Source: Lama glama (Eukaryota). Taken from it: 64,000 nucleotides of DNA. Below, one piece after another: positions 52,711 to 64,000 of this stretch; position 1 is the first letter of the stretch; the number at the start of each line of letters is the position of its first letter. The translations under genes and the position numbers were made by a program. Location: the NCBI GenBank assembly GCA_028534125.1, contig CM052817.1, positions 106,456,001 through 106,520,000 of the forward strand, in the 5' to 3' direction. The notes under the pieces were generated by a model, which had not been told where the DNA came from, did no database searches, and saw nothing but the letters and a program-made list of their open reading frames with translations.

Positions 52711-53123
52711 TCTAAAAAAATAAGAGTCCAGTTCAAGTGTTTGAGATCAACAAATTGCAATTTGGAGCACACAGATTAAGGTAAGAAATCCTATTACAGG
52801 ATAGGAGTTCAGAAGGAAGGTGAAGTAAATTGTTTTTTAAAAAAAAGGTTATTGATGCAAGATGAGGTAATCAATCAGGTGAGGCATTAATTGGTAAAAG
52901 ATGAGGTAAAGCTAGATTTGTACTTCATTCATTGATCAAGTGAAGTGGTCCCTAGATAAAAGTTCACTTTTATCCATCCTTTTAGCAAAATAGTCTCATT
53001 TCTTTGCTGACTTCTTGAAATGTACCAGTTCAAAGGCACAGAAAACAGGACATGAAGGCAGTTCCTCTGGAGTGGCTGCCCTGGCTCTGTTTTAAATTGT
53101 TCCAGAATGTCATCTTTCATAAC
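52710..53123 (-). mobile_element. ERV1 LTR (MER34-group-like) nested in L1
   Basis: L1 sequence resumes at ~53125; ends 'catctttcataac'. Confidence 0.55.
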
Positions 53124-53599
53124 TACTAAGTCATGAGAAAGACATGGAGGAAACTCCAATACATATTGCTGAATGAATACACACATATTGTATGATTCCA
53201 ACTATACATATATGGAGAGAGAGAGAGAGTTATATATGTATAATGTTTACATATATACAGTGTTTACACATGTAATATTTGTACATACAAAATAATTGAA
53301 GGAGAAAAATGAGGTACCCTAAAATCAAGAGGGTAGTCAACGTTAACATATGTGATATAAAGTTAATACACAACTTATGTCATAATATTTGAATAGAAAA
53401 CCTATCACTACTCTTTATACTTTGCAGATTTTTGGAAATAATCTTACTAATTTCATAAAATTGAGTGACAGAGTGCACAATATTGTCTGAAGTCTGTTTT
53501 GTTTTATCAGTAATTTTCCTCCTGTCTCTTATTCAAGCTTCATTTCTGAACAATCTTCTTAACACTTATCTTCTATTATCTTTACCCTCTCCCTCCAGA

Positions 53600-53806
53600 A
53601 CATGATGGTGCAGCGTGCAGCTGCTGCCTGTTTTTGTAAACAGCATTTTATTGAAACAAATCCACACCTTTTTTTTTTTTTCATGTGTTGTCTGTGTCTA
53701 TTTTCCTGGTACAACAGCAGAGTTGGTTACAAGAGAGCCAGTATGTCCAAAAGACAGAAAATATTTACTACCTGGCACTTTCCAGGAAAAGTTTGTCAAC
53801 CTTTGC
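53600..53806 (-). mobile_element. MER58-like hAT-Charlie MITE
   Basis: 'gcctgtttttgtaaa...aaatatttactacctggcactttccaggaaaagtttgtcaacc'. Confidence 0.85.
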
Positions 53807-55903
53807 CCTGTAAGATATAAAAACTCTAATGAACAATTTAATGACTAGAGGATGTCACCAAGAGATACATAGCCTTTTATCTTAAAACTGTATAATTATT
53901 TTTCAACAACTGGAAAGGATGGAGGAGGTCATTGATTAATATAAGAGATAACATGTATAAATAGCTTATTTTAGGGGTCAGATTAACTGAGGCTCATAGA
54001 AAGGTTATGCTCTGCCCAATCCCACCACCAAGTGGCAGAGCCAATACGGGAAACAAAACTTGCAACTCTAAGTACTTGTACCTTCCACGTCACCAGCTTA
54101 ACTGCAGGCCAAGAGGAACAGGAAATGCAGTTTTCAAGACACGTAATATTCAAAACCCAGATGAATGCATTTTGTAAATTGTAAAAGACTTAAGAATTTC
54201 CTTATTATTATTAGCTTTGCTGATAAGTGTCTTAGGCATTTTCTTGCCATCAACTATTATCTTATATAGTAGTTTTGCTAAACATTTAATGGGTAACTGT
54301 TCATTGGATAAATTTTTTGAAGAAATGTAATTTTTCTTCACTTTGTTTTTCTTTCTGGTACTGCACTATCCTTAGAATCAAACACTAGTTACATTTTTAC
54401 CTTGTTATGTTTTTCCAAGGTTTTTGGCACAGAACTTGCTAATCTGACTTAAGGTAAAGGCATGCAAGAAAATAGAAATACATATTAAAACTATGATTTA
54501 AAATTTGTTTCCAAAGTCAATATTTTGAACATATTTAATTGTATTTGATTGGTACAACCTCCTTCTCAACACATAGACCCAATTTATACTAATGTTTTAT
54601 TAATGTTTTCTATTGCATTTTTCAAAATATAGACAAATCTTATGCTCAGCATAGTGCAAATAAAGTAAAATGACATCTGAAACATAATAGAGCTGAATTA
54701 ATATTTTGAAACTGTTGAAATGTATTGGCTATTTCAATACCAAGAAGATGCTGTCAACATTGAATTCTGATATTAAACCTCAAAAATAAATTTTCTGTAA
54801 ACATTAGCAACATTGAAATTGATAAAATGAAGAGTGTAACAATGAAAAAGATGAAGGAAAGAGATATAAGAAAGTATCTTGAGCAGCCTTCCCATGACTT
54901 CCTGCTTAGGAAGCCTGACCTAAGGGGGTGTATGGTCCATGTTCTTGTCATAAACACTTGAGTGATCCAAGTGTCTTCACTTCTTGTAAGATATGCCAGT
55001 TGGTACAAACTATTAGGTCCATCCCTCTGGCAACTGAGCTAGAGACTAGTAAGTGGATACTGAACAGTTCTTTTCAGATAATGATAGAGTAGTTTTTGGA
55101 TATAGGACACTTTTTATCAGTGTTCATCCTACTTTGGAAACTATTTTTTGAATATATTAATGATATAAAATAACAATTTAAGTACAAGTATTTTTTTCCC
55201 CAAAGTCACAATATATTCTCATGAAGCAGAGTCACTCCTTAATGCATCATTAGGCTAGCTGGAAATTTATGACTTGATTTTTTTTCTTTGTTTAATGGCT
55301 TTTTTATAGACATTTCTATTGTAAATTGTCTTAACTTTCAGTTTGCTGCTGATCTTTGTTAGAAATCATTATTATGTCTCTGCCCTGGGGCTTTAGTGCC
55401 TATTATCAACTTAACTGACATCCACTTTAGGAATCTCTTACTCCCTGTTCATATTATGTTGTCTAATCTGTCCGTCTTGGTGAGTAAAGTAAGCCCATGT
55501 CTTATTAATTCTATGTAAAATAGAATCTTAGGAAGCGGCGTTAAGCAATTCCAGTCACTAGCAAACCATATGGCTCTGCATTGCAATGTGAGAAACGGGA
55601 GATGATTTATTAGCAAAAAAAAAAAAGTTTATATAACTTCTGAAATTCAGATATTTGGATAATACGCTGCATGTTGTAGTGATAGTGGTAAATATGTCCC
55701 ATGTTAATTAGGGTTATGTTGGTCCAGAACATATTCTATGATTGTCATGTGTTCTAGGTTACTCCAACCAGACCTCCGGTGACTTATCAAGACGGTGCAT
55801 AGAAGGTGTTAGAAATTTAAAAGTTGTGGAGGGGAGGGTATAGCTCAGTGGTAGAGCGCATGCCTTGCATGCACAGGGTCCTGGGTTCAATCCCCAGTAT
55901 CTC

Positions 55904-56312
55904 TGTCGGAGCCTGCCGACAATCGATCAGGTCCAGAAACCTGTGCTGCAGGACTGAGAAAAGGAAAGACGTAACAAAGAGACAGCAAGACAAGACAAGT
56001 TGGGGTTGAGAGGGTCTCACTCTAGCCCGCAAGACGCTAGGTCAAGAGTGGACGCCGAGTTTATTTTCAGCAGTTCTTTTATATGATTTTAACCCATTAG
56101 CTCATACATTCCTGCATGTAGGCAAAGGTATTGTTTTAAGGCACATTAACAACGTGTACTAAAATCATTAACTTGTATATTGTTACAGACATCATTATTG
56201 TTTACAGTTCTGGTAAAACTAAGATTAAGAGTTCCTGGAACCAAGATGATAAACTAAGGCATTGTTCCTCTAAGCTAACATCGTGACTCGTGTGCTATTA
56301 TCTCAGGTGATT
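55904..56312 (-). mobile_element. Young ERV2/betaretrovirus-like LTR (U5-R-part of U3), cut off by the gap
   Basis: Terminus tgtcgg; 6-bp TSD tatctc (55898-55903, 56413-56418); minus strand reads TATAAAAGAACTGCTGAAAATAAA; many intact CpGs. Confidence 0.85.
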
Positions 56313-56412
56313 NNNNNNNNNNNNNNNNNNNNNNNNNNNNNNNNNNNNNNNNNNNNNNNNNNNNNNNNNNNNNNNNNNNNNNNNNNNNNNNNNNNNNNNN
56401 NNNNNNNNNNNN
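56313..56412. other. Assembly gap (100 N, probably of unknown size)
   Basis: Run of N. Confidence 1.
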
Positions 56413-56581
56413 TATCTCCATTAAAATAAATAAATAAAAACCCAATTACCTCCCCCACCAAAAAGGATAAAAAATAAATAAGAATGTTAAAAAAAAAAAG
56501 AAATGTAAAAGTGAGTTAACTAGCTAATAACTGAAATTCAGGTTTTAAATAAGAGTACAAAGTCTCTTAGATATTTAAGAT

Positions 56582-56750
56582 CAGTTGTTCTCAAATATAG
56601 ATATATTTCAGAATAACCTGTGAAACACAGAAAAAGGTAATGTATGAGGCCAACCTTGAGAATCATGTAGGGTTAAAAATTCAAAAAAGTATAATCTCTA
56701 AAAATCTCAAACAGGTGATTCAGATATGCAATTCAAAGTGAGACCTACTG
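56582..56750 (+). mobile_element. MER5A-like hAT-Charlie MITE
   Basis: 'cagttgttctcaaa...tcagaataacctg...caggtgattcagatatgca...tgagacctactg'. Confidence 0.75.
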
Positions 56751-57699
56751 TTTTTCTTACAAAAAGTGTTGACAGAAAATATAACGTTAGATTTAAATGC
56801 TGAAGGATCTGGTGTGTGTTTTTGGCTTATGTTCTTGCTATAATGGGGAAAAAGAATTATCCCTAGTGTTATTGGGGATTGTGAGTAAGTGCAAAAAAGA
56901 ACAGAAAATTTGAAACATAATTCCAGAGCTTGTTAAATGTACAACTTAAAATACTGCTATTCAGAATTCCCTAAATAAAATATGAATACACATATATAGA
57001 AATGTTAAAGTTCAGGGGCAAAAATTTTCAAGTTCCTATCCTGAATATCAAAAAGGACATATAATCTTAGGTCTAATCTTTATTCTGGGAACTTAACCTG
57101 GAATTATACTAGTATATTTTAAATGACTTATGTTAAAGCTATTTGTTGAAGTATTTTTTATAATGAAAAAGATTGATAACTCTCCATATTTCACCAATAG
57201 GCAACTAGTGCTATAAATTAAATTGTAGACCATAATACAGTGAAATGTAACTAGTAAAAAATGAGGAAGCCATGTACTATGGAAATACCCCCCGAATATA
57301 TTAAATTCAAAAAAAGCAAGGGATAAATTAGTGTGTATCATATGATCTCTTTTGTGTAAAATAAAGGGAAAAATGTATAACACAATATGTTTTATACAAA
57401 GTGAAATGTGTCTGATATAGATAATGCTCAGTGCACCTGCATTTCATAATTAGAAAGGCAAACCCCTGTATTGATTTTTTGATTTTTGTATGAATTATAA
57501 TCTTAGAAGGTTTATTAGTTCTGGCATATGCAGTTTAGGCCTGCATTTTATGAAATACTTCAGAGGGATACACAGAAAAATAACTAGCTCTTTCTCCAAT
57601 TTTATTAGTTTTGTACTAAAATTAGGTATATATGCATAATTAATTTAGAAGTGTAGGTACCCTGGTGAGAGGCTGTAGAGGTTTTAGAGGGCTCCTTGG

Positions 57700-58248
57700 T
57701 CCATTCATTCATTCATTTATTTGTTTATTCGACAAATATTTGTCAAATTGCACTAATAACAAGGTGACGTGCTACACTTCGGGCATTCATCAGTGAGCAT
57801 GATGGAGGAGATATTTTCCCTCAAGAAGCACACATGGTGGTGATGACAAGAGAGAATAAACAAGAAAATTAACAGATACAGAAGATAATTGCAAACTGTG
57901 CTCAGCACAAGGAAGAAAACAAACAAGGGAATGGAGTTGGAAGTTGTTCTCTAGGTAAGATGTTAGAGGAACACCTCATTAAGGAGGAGTAAGAGAGCTA
58001 CGCCAACATCCAATCAGAGAGAAGAAAACATTTCCATTCAGAGAGAAGAGAAGTTTCTAAAGCAAGAAAGAGCTGTGTGTATTCAAAAAGGGAAAGGAAA
58101 GTGGCGTGACTGCAGGAGGTTGGTGGTGGAGGCGTTGCTGAGTTACTCAGGCCTCTGATCGCAAAAGGCCTTGCAGACCCCTGTAATGAGGTTGATTGCA
58201 TCTGACTTGCACAGGAAGACAGAAGGGCTTTAATCAGAGGAATGGCGT
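57700..58248 (-). mobile_element. L2 3' end
   Basis: (ttca)n tail followed by 'caaatatttg' and typical L2 antisense sequence. Confidence 0.75.
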
Positions 58249-58716
58249 TGGAACTGAGCAGGACCCTGTGGAGCCTTCCGGGGACCTACCCTTTCCCCCA
58301 TGTCCTCTGCGGTAGCTCCTCTCTGAAGCATCCAGATGATAGGATCTCGTGCATATTTCCTGACTGTTTCAGATGCTAAAAACCACCACCAAAGGGAATA
58401 AATTAACTAGTTGATGATGGAGGGCACTGGTCCCCAGGCCTCCTGGCACTTAGATGCTGATAGTGTTGACAGCCCTGTTCCCTCAACATCAAACAGAAAC
58501 GTGCATAAGCTGATCACATACCTACAACCCTCTCCCTCACCTGTCTTTAAATAGGCTTTGCTGAAACCCTTGGGGTGAGTTCAGGTTTTCTTGGGCATAA
58601 GCCACCCCATCCTCCTTGCTGGGTCCTGCAGTAAACCTTTCTCTGCTCCAAACTCTGACATTTTGGTTTATTTGACCTCATGGTGTGTTGGGCACACAAA
58701 CTGGCCTTTGGTAAGA
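58249..58716 (+). mobile_element. ERV1 solo LTR (family B, copy 1)
   Basis: Homologous to the reverse complement of 61600-62058; agtaaa poly(A) signal ~58630. Confidence 0.88.
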
Positions 58717-58974
58717 ATGTGATACAATTTATGCTTTTAAAATACAGTTTCTCTGGTTGTGGAGAAAGACAGAGGTAGAATTTAGAAGCTTATTGCAAAT
58801 AATAATAAGTAACTACAGATATTAGCTTAAAGTAAGATAGTAGAACATAGAAAGAAGTAAAAAATGTGAACTATAGTTTAGAGCAAACATCAGCACAGCT
58901 CCCTGATTGCGTATGTGTAGTCCTGGGTAGGGATAAATGAAAGAGAAAAAAGTAATTAGATAAGCCTCAATTAG

Positions 58975-59028
58975 ATAAGTTTCAACATACGAATTTGTGG
59001 GGGAGACAAAAACATTCAGTCCATAGCG
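58975..59028 (-). mobile_element. MLT1A terminal fragment
   Basis: 'tttcaacatacgaatttgtgggggagacaaaacattcagtccatagc', like 51210-51261. Confidence 0.7.
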
Positions 59029-61599
59029 CCTAGGTAGATATAAAGAGAGAGGATAATCTACATCAACAAATTGTAACAATAAACAGCCAAATGGGAGACA
59101 GGGTGGGGAGTTTTGAACCCACAAAGTGAGTACACACTGAAGCCCATCTGTCTCCAGTCCACTGACAGCCTAGCCTGGTTGTCCCCCGAAAGAAAACTCA
59201 CCCGTCAGTATCAATGAGAAATAGATGTTTTACTGAAGATTGTGCAGGAGGGAGGGAAGGTGATGGCATTGACCACCCAACACATATTAAATTAGCACCG
59301 TGTGTTTCTCAATTTCTCTTCTCAGTTATCTGAGCTGTGAATTTCTTGCATATGGCCTCTCAGCTCTCTGGTTCCTGGGTAAAACTCCCTGGATATTTCA
59401 TTTTGGCCTTTATTTGTGTCTCTTTTGTCTGCAGAGGAATTTAACTTCATCCGAGTTGTACCGTTCTCGTAGGTGTCTTTTATCATTGTGTTTAAGCTTT
59501 TGAAAGCTCATCAGAGTGAAATGTATAAACATTTCAGGTACATCCATGGAGAGTGGCAGAGAATTATAAACAGTTCCATGTCATTTTTTTCATAGGAGAA
59601 GGGTATATGCATTGATATCTTAAATGTATTGCGTAATAGGGAAAGTTAACTGCAGTTTTTAAAATGAGACATTTAGCCGAGAACAAGGCACAAGGAAGCT
59701 GAACCCTTGGATGCTGATGCAAAGTCAGAGCAGCTTGGCTGGTGTTTACACTCTGCAAGCAGCCTTTTCACTTCAAGGCCAATTTCCAGGATGGCACTTG
59801 CAAGCTCTCATGTAACAGGCAGGTGCCAGGGAAATGCCTTAGTAAGGAGACTGAAATCTTAGGAATTGGACCCCAAGGTCATGTAGAGAAAAGGTGAGGA
59901 ACACTTTTCTAGCGCAGAATTGCCAATTAAGGAGTGAAAGACAGGACTTTGGTGCACCCAAAGTGAAGCTCAGAAGTTGATGAGAAGATGCTGTCTTTAT
60001 AAATTGGTTTTAAAGTACATTTATCAATTTAAATTAGAAGCTCGGCTTTGAGAAGACCATCACTGGCATTTTGACTAACAGACAGTACTCAGTTAGAAAA
60101 AGACAGAATGATTTTAGAACTAATTTTTGAAGTAGGAGGAAGTTAAATCTTCCTGTCAGCCATGTAATACTGTTAGTGCGTTAATACTTCTGGTAATATT
60201 TCCACATAATTTATAATAATAAAAACAAGCATTATTAAAAAAAAACTAAGCATATACCTGAACACATGGTACTAATTTTAAGTATTTTTCTGAATTAATA
60301 TCCTTCAAATTCTTATCACAAATTCAGGACAGACCCTATACCTGGTGTACAGACTTAGCAGAATTTTCCGAGACCTTCGGATGAAAAGAGAACTTGTTAT
60401 AGGTTTTTAGCCTTGAGTTTAAGAAAGTGTTTGGACCAAGCTGTGTTCGCCTGGAAATAAGAGAAAGAGAAATGAGCGCCGTGTTCATGACTGAGAGCAC
60501 TGTCCTCTTTCCTAGGGTTGTGTTATATGTTATACAGCCTTGAGATCACTGATGAAGTAAACTGGCTCAAATGAAATGTTGCTAGCATCCAGACAAATGT
60601 ATATGCCAGATGACTCCAGCCTTGGAGCTTGGAGGGAGAAATTCATGTTCTCCCAGAAGTTTAATTTGAAGGTCTAATACGAAATCTGAGTAAGGATATT
60701 GACTGCAATCTTAGGTTGATGATTTTCCTAGCATGAACATCCAAAGCATTCAACGTTATTTTACCAAGTTTTCAGCTTGCTAATAAAAAAAAAGAACAAT
60801 GAAAAGAAAAATAAGCAATAATTAAGGAGAATAATATGGAATGTTAGCTCAGTGGAAAGTTTTAGAAATCAAATTGTTAGCTTTTGAAATTTTGGTTCAG
60901 TAATAGAGAATATATAGCCCATTATAATTATCCTGTGAAATATCCAAATGTAAATTTTATTCTTTCTAAAATTAGAAAAGCAAGAATGCAATTTGTAGTT
61001 TTTTTCTATATCTGGTCTATCCCCACATAATAATATGTCTATATTTGGGGGTAAAAATGATTTCCAGACTTACTGAATCCATGGTAGATATTAACATATT
61101 TTCTTTGTACAAACTTTGTCAGATGTAGTCTGAAATAGGACTTTTGAAAGAGTTTTTTTATTTTAAAGTATACATAAGAGAAAGTCAACCTGTCAATCTC
61201 TTCTATTTCTCTATTTCTGAGTTTTTCTATATAACTCACTCAGTTTACTACATTATCAAAAATGCAATAGTGTATTGTGAACCCACATTCTGACATTCTA
61301 ATGAGGTGAGGGAGAGATTAAATAGCCACGCAAGTAAAAATAAAAATTCAGAGGGTGATAAAGGCCAGAAAGGAGAACTATACTGCAATTTGCCCATCCA
61401 TAGCAGTTGACTTGGTGAACAGGGAAGACACGTGGGAGTTAACTAGGGAAGAGGGTAGAAAATCCTTCCTGGCAAGGGAAACACACATCAAGCCTCTGAG
61501 GACCATCAGGAGTCCCTGGGAGCGACTGGGACACAGAAAACACAAGGTAGCGAGGTGACGTAAAGTGAGAATGAAAGCTGAACGTCCAGACCATCCAAG

Positions 61600-62058
61600 T
61601 GTTACCAAAGGCAAGTTCAAGTGCCCAGCACCCCACGAGGCCAAACAAACTGAAACATGAAAGTTTGGAGCAGAGAAAGGTTTATTGCAGGGCCGAGCAA
61701 GGCGGACAGGGTGGCTCATGCCTAAGAAAACCCCAAAAGATTTCAGCAAAACATATTTAAAGGCCAGGTGAGGGAGGCGGGTTGCAGCTCAGGCACAATC
61801 ATTCTCTGATTGGTTGATGTGGAGGTAACAGGGCAGTCAACATCATCAACCCACAGGCGCCAGAAGGCCTGGGGGCCATGTGCCCACCATCATCAAGTAG
61901 TTAATTTCTTCCCTTTGGTGGTGGTTTTTAGCATCTAAAACACTCAGGAAATACACATGAGATACTATTATGTGGGTCCTTCAGAGAGCAGCTACAGCAG
62001 AGGACATGGGGGAGGGGGTTGACTCTGGAAGGCCCCCCAAGGTTCCTGCTCAGTCACA
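61600..62058 (-). mobile_element. ERV1 solo LTR (family B, copy 2)
   Basis: TG...CA ends; perfect TSD caag (61596-61599, 62059-62062); minus-strand aataaa ~61681. Confidence 0.92.
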
Positions 62059-63174
62059 CAAGTACTTTGGGATTTATCTTATCAGTAGTAGAAAGTACTT
62101 AAGAATTATAAGGAGATCAAAAGGAGGCAGGGGGATTCAGCAGAAAAATAAATACAGGGATTTTTATTTAGAAATGATTGTTCTCACTGCAGTGGAATGG
62201 AAGGATGAAGGGTGGATGTAAAGAGATCAATCAGTAGGGTCATTACAGGGGCCAAATATAGAGGAGTGCAGTGCATTATCCTATTGTTGAGAATTACCTC
62301 CTAAATATGTAACAAAAAATAGAAAAAGCAGGCTTTATGCCTCAAATGTCCCACTTATTGTCTAAAATTTTAATAGTTACAAGAGGAGACCTTGAGGTCA
62401 TAAGGTGGCAGATGCCAGCAGGCACTGCTTTGAGCATGGTTGGTGGTCTCCCGAGTCTGACACAGCTCAGAAAATTCGAGTTCTCCATGATACAAGAATG
62501 TGTCTGACATCACACACCCCCTGGCCACCTAGTTTTCTCTTGAATGTCTGAACCACAGCGACTTCACTTCAACTTTCAAGTGCATCCCCCTCCTCAAGGC
62601 CAAAGCAGGTGTATAATGCATGTCCTACAGGCCATAAAACAGGGAGTTTCAGTCAGTAAAGTTAAAGTTAAACTATGTATAAGCCAGAATGACTTCCTCA
62701 CACCTCAGTATGTGCAGATTTTCCCATCATTTCCCCTGTTGATTGCAAATCTTTCAGTAGAAAGCACTGATGATCAAAATGTCCTTCCCTCAGTGCTGGG
62801 GTGATGGCTTCCACCCCAGGTTCAGATCATGTCCCTCAGTGCCAGGCCTCCTTTATATTTGCCTAGTTATCCACATGTTGGGTGGGGGGTTAATCAGATA
62901 TCATGAACAGGCTCAGAAATATAATAATGGGAACACACTTTACAGGCCATACATTTCATCACTTCTACCCAATTATTACATGAGCACGGTACACGTGTTT
63001 CCAACAGCAGACACAGACCAAGCGCTGCTGTGCATCCTGTGTAGTTACGCTGTGATTACTCCATTAGCGAATTTCTCTTTCCATCCTAAACACTGGGGGC
63101 AACAATGTGGTTGGAAGTAAAATAACTTTCTTCTTTTAAAATATACTTTTATTGAAGTACAGTCAGTTTATATG

Positions 63175-64000
63175 GATAGGAAGACAAACATCTGATAAAG
63201 AATTCACTTAGAAAATATAGGTTCAAAGCCAGGAATGTTTCAGAGAAAACCAAGAAATTACAACCATAGTCACCTGTTAACTCATTCTTATGTAATTAAT
63301 CCTTTTTACTAACAGTTTTATAAAATCAGAGTTTTCACTAGACTTTTTAAATATCTTGCCCAGTTCAGCAGTACGATTTAAAAGAAACCTGTACTTGTCA
63401 AAAGTCCTTTTTATGACTCTTATTGAAGATGAAGCAGTTTTGCAAAGTATCAACTTAATTATGTCTCTAAATGACAAGTCTTAAAAAGGCAAGGTTAAAG
63501 ATCTTGTTACATTTTTGACAAAGAAGTTTAATCAAGTTGCTGTGGCATACAACCTTTTAAGATAACTAAACTAGAACTAGAATTATAGCTAGAACAACTT
63601 GAATCAGACCGATAGCATTATACCAGGACAGATCTAAATTTCAGAAAACTTAATTTTCACAATGTCTGTATCAATAATATTTATCTGTATCACATAATCT
63701 GAGAAGGCTTGTCACTCATTTGACAATGCCGTGTAATTTAACATAGCAACCAATCCTAGTTAAATATTTTTCTTTCAGGTGTCTCAGGGGACTTCTGAAG
63801 CATTCCAAAGTTAGTTGACGTCAAAACAGCTTTGATTAGAATTTGATAGGAAGTTTGTCAGCAACACCAAGAAGTCTCACACAATCTGTTATCAGAAGAA
63901 GCATCTGTTATCACAAGCAAGCAAGCGTGTTCTCTTAACAGAGAGGAACCAAATCCAGTCTTGCACTTGTCTACTTTTAATAACAAAATCCACTTACCTA
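63175..64000 (-). mobile_element. ERV1 MER4-group-like internal (non-coding) fragment, continuing past the window
   Basis: AT-rich sequence with motifs recalled from MER4-group internal regions; preceded by a short L1 3' stub at ~63128-63172. Confidence 0.55.

Larger units (their letters stand above)
55828..56498 (+). mobile_element. tRNA-Ala-derived camelid-type SINE split by an LTR insertion
   Basis: Head 55828-55903; tail 56413-56498; TSD agaaat(t/g)taaaagt. Confidence 0.92.

Noticed and set aside
55828..55903. tRNA-Ala gene (also at 28494, 32388 and 7632)
   Set aside because: These are SINE heads, followed by SINE body, A-rich tail and TSDs
62785..62820. Iron-responsive-element-like CAGTGC loop and 8-bp hairpin
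   Set aside because: Lacks the bulged C and closing pair; a short stem is expected by chance

Overview
Mammalian non-coding DNA, intergenic or deep intronic, AT-rich and dense in repeats. It is most likely camelid, because it carries four copies of a tRNA-Ala-like SINE resembling camelid vic-1 plus artiodactyl-type L1 3' ends and Tigger1 deletion derivatives. I recognise no protein-coding gene, rRNA, true tRNA or CRISPR array; the ORF track is explained by repeats, microsatellites, N-gaps or chance. The window holds about 10 ERV LTRs (several with 4-bp TSDs), MaLR LTRs, truncated L1s, old L2/MIR and hAT/Tigger relics, and two assembly gaps (1834-2333, 56313-56412). Main observations: (1) a young betaretrovirus-like LTR with a 6-bp TSD inserted into a SINE, running into an unresolved gap that may hide a provirus or a heterozygous insertion; (2) a probable L1 3' transduction carrying ~230 bp of unique DNA; (3) a full CTCF site with upstream module in a CpG-enriched patch; (4) a CpG-rich tract lying over ancient repeats; (5) a perfect palindrome plus microduplication scar in an MLT1; (6) a speculative phase-compatible exon pair. 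Repeat family names come from remembered consensus sequences, not a database search. Boundaries without TSDs are approximate.
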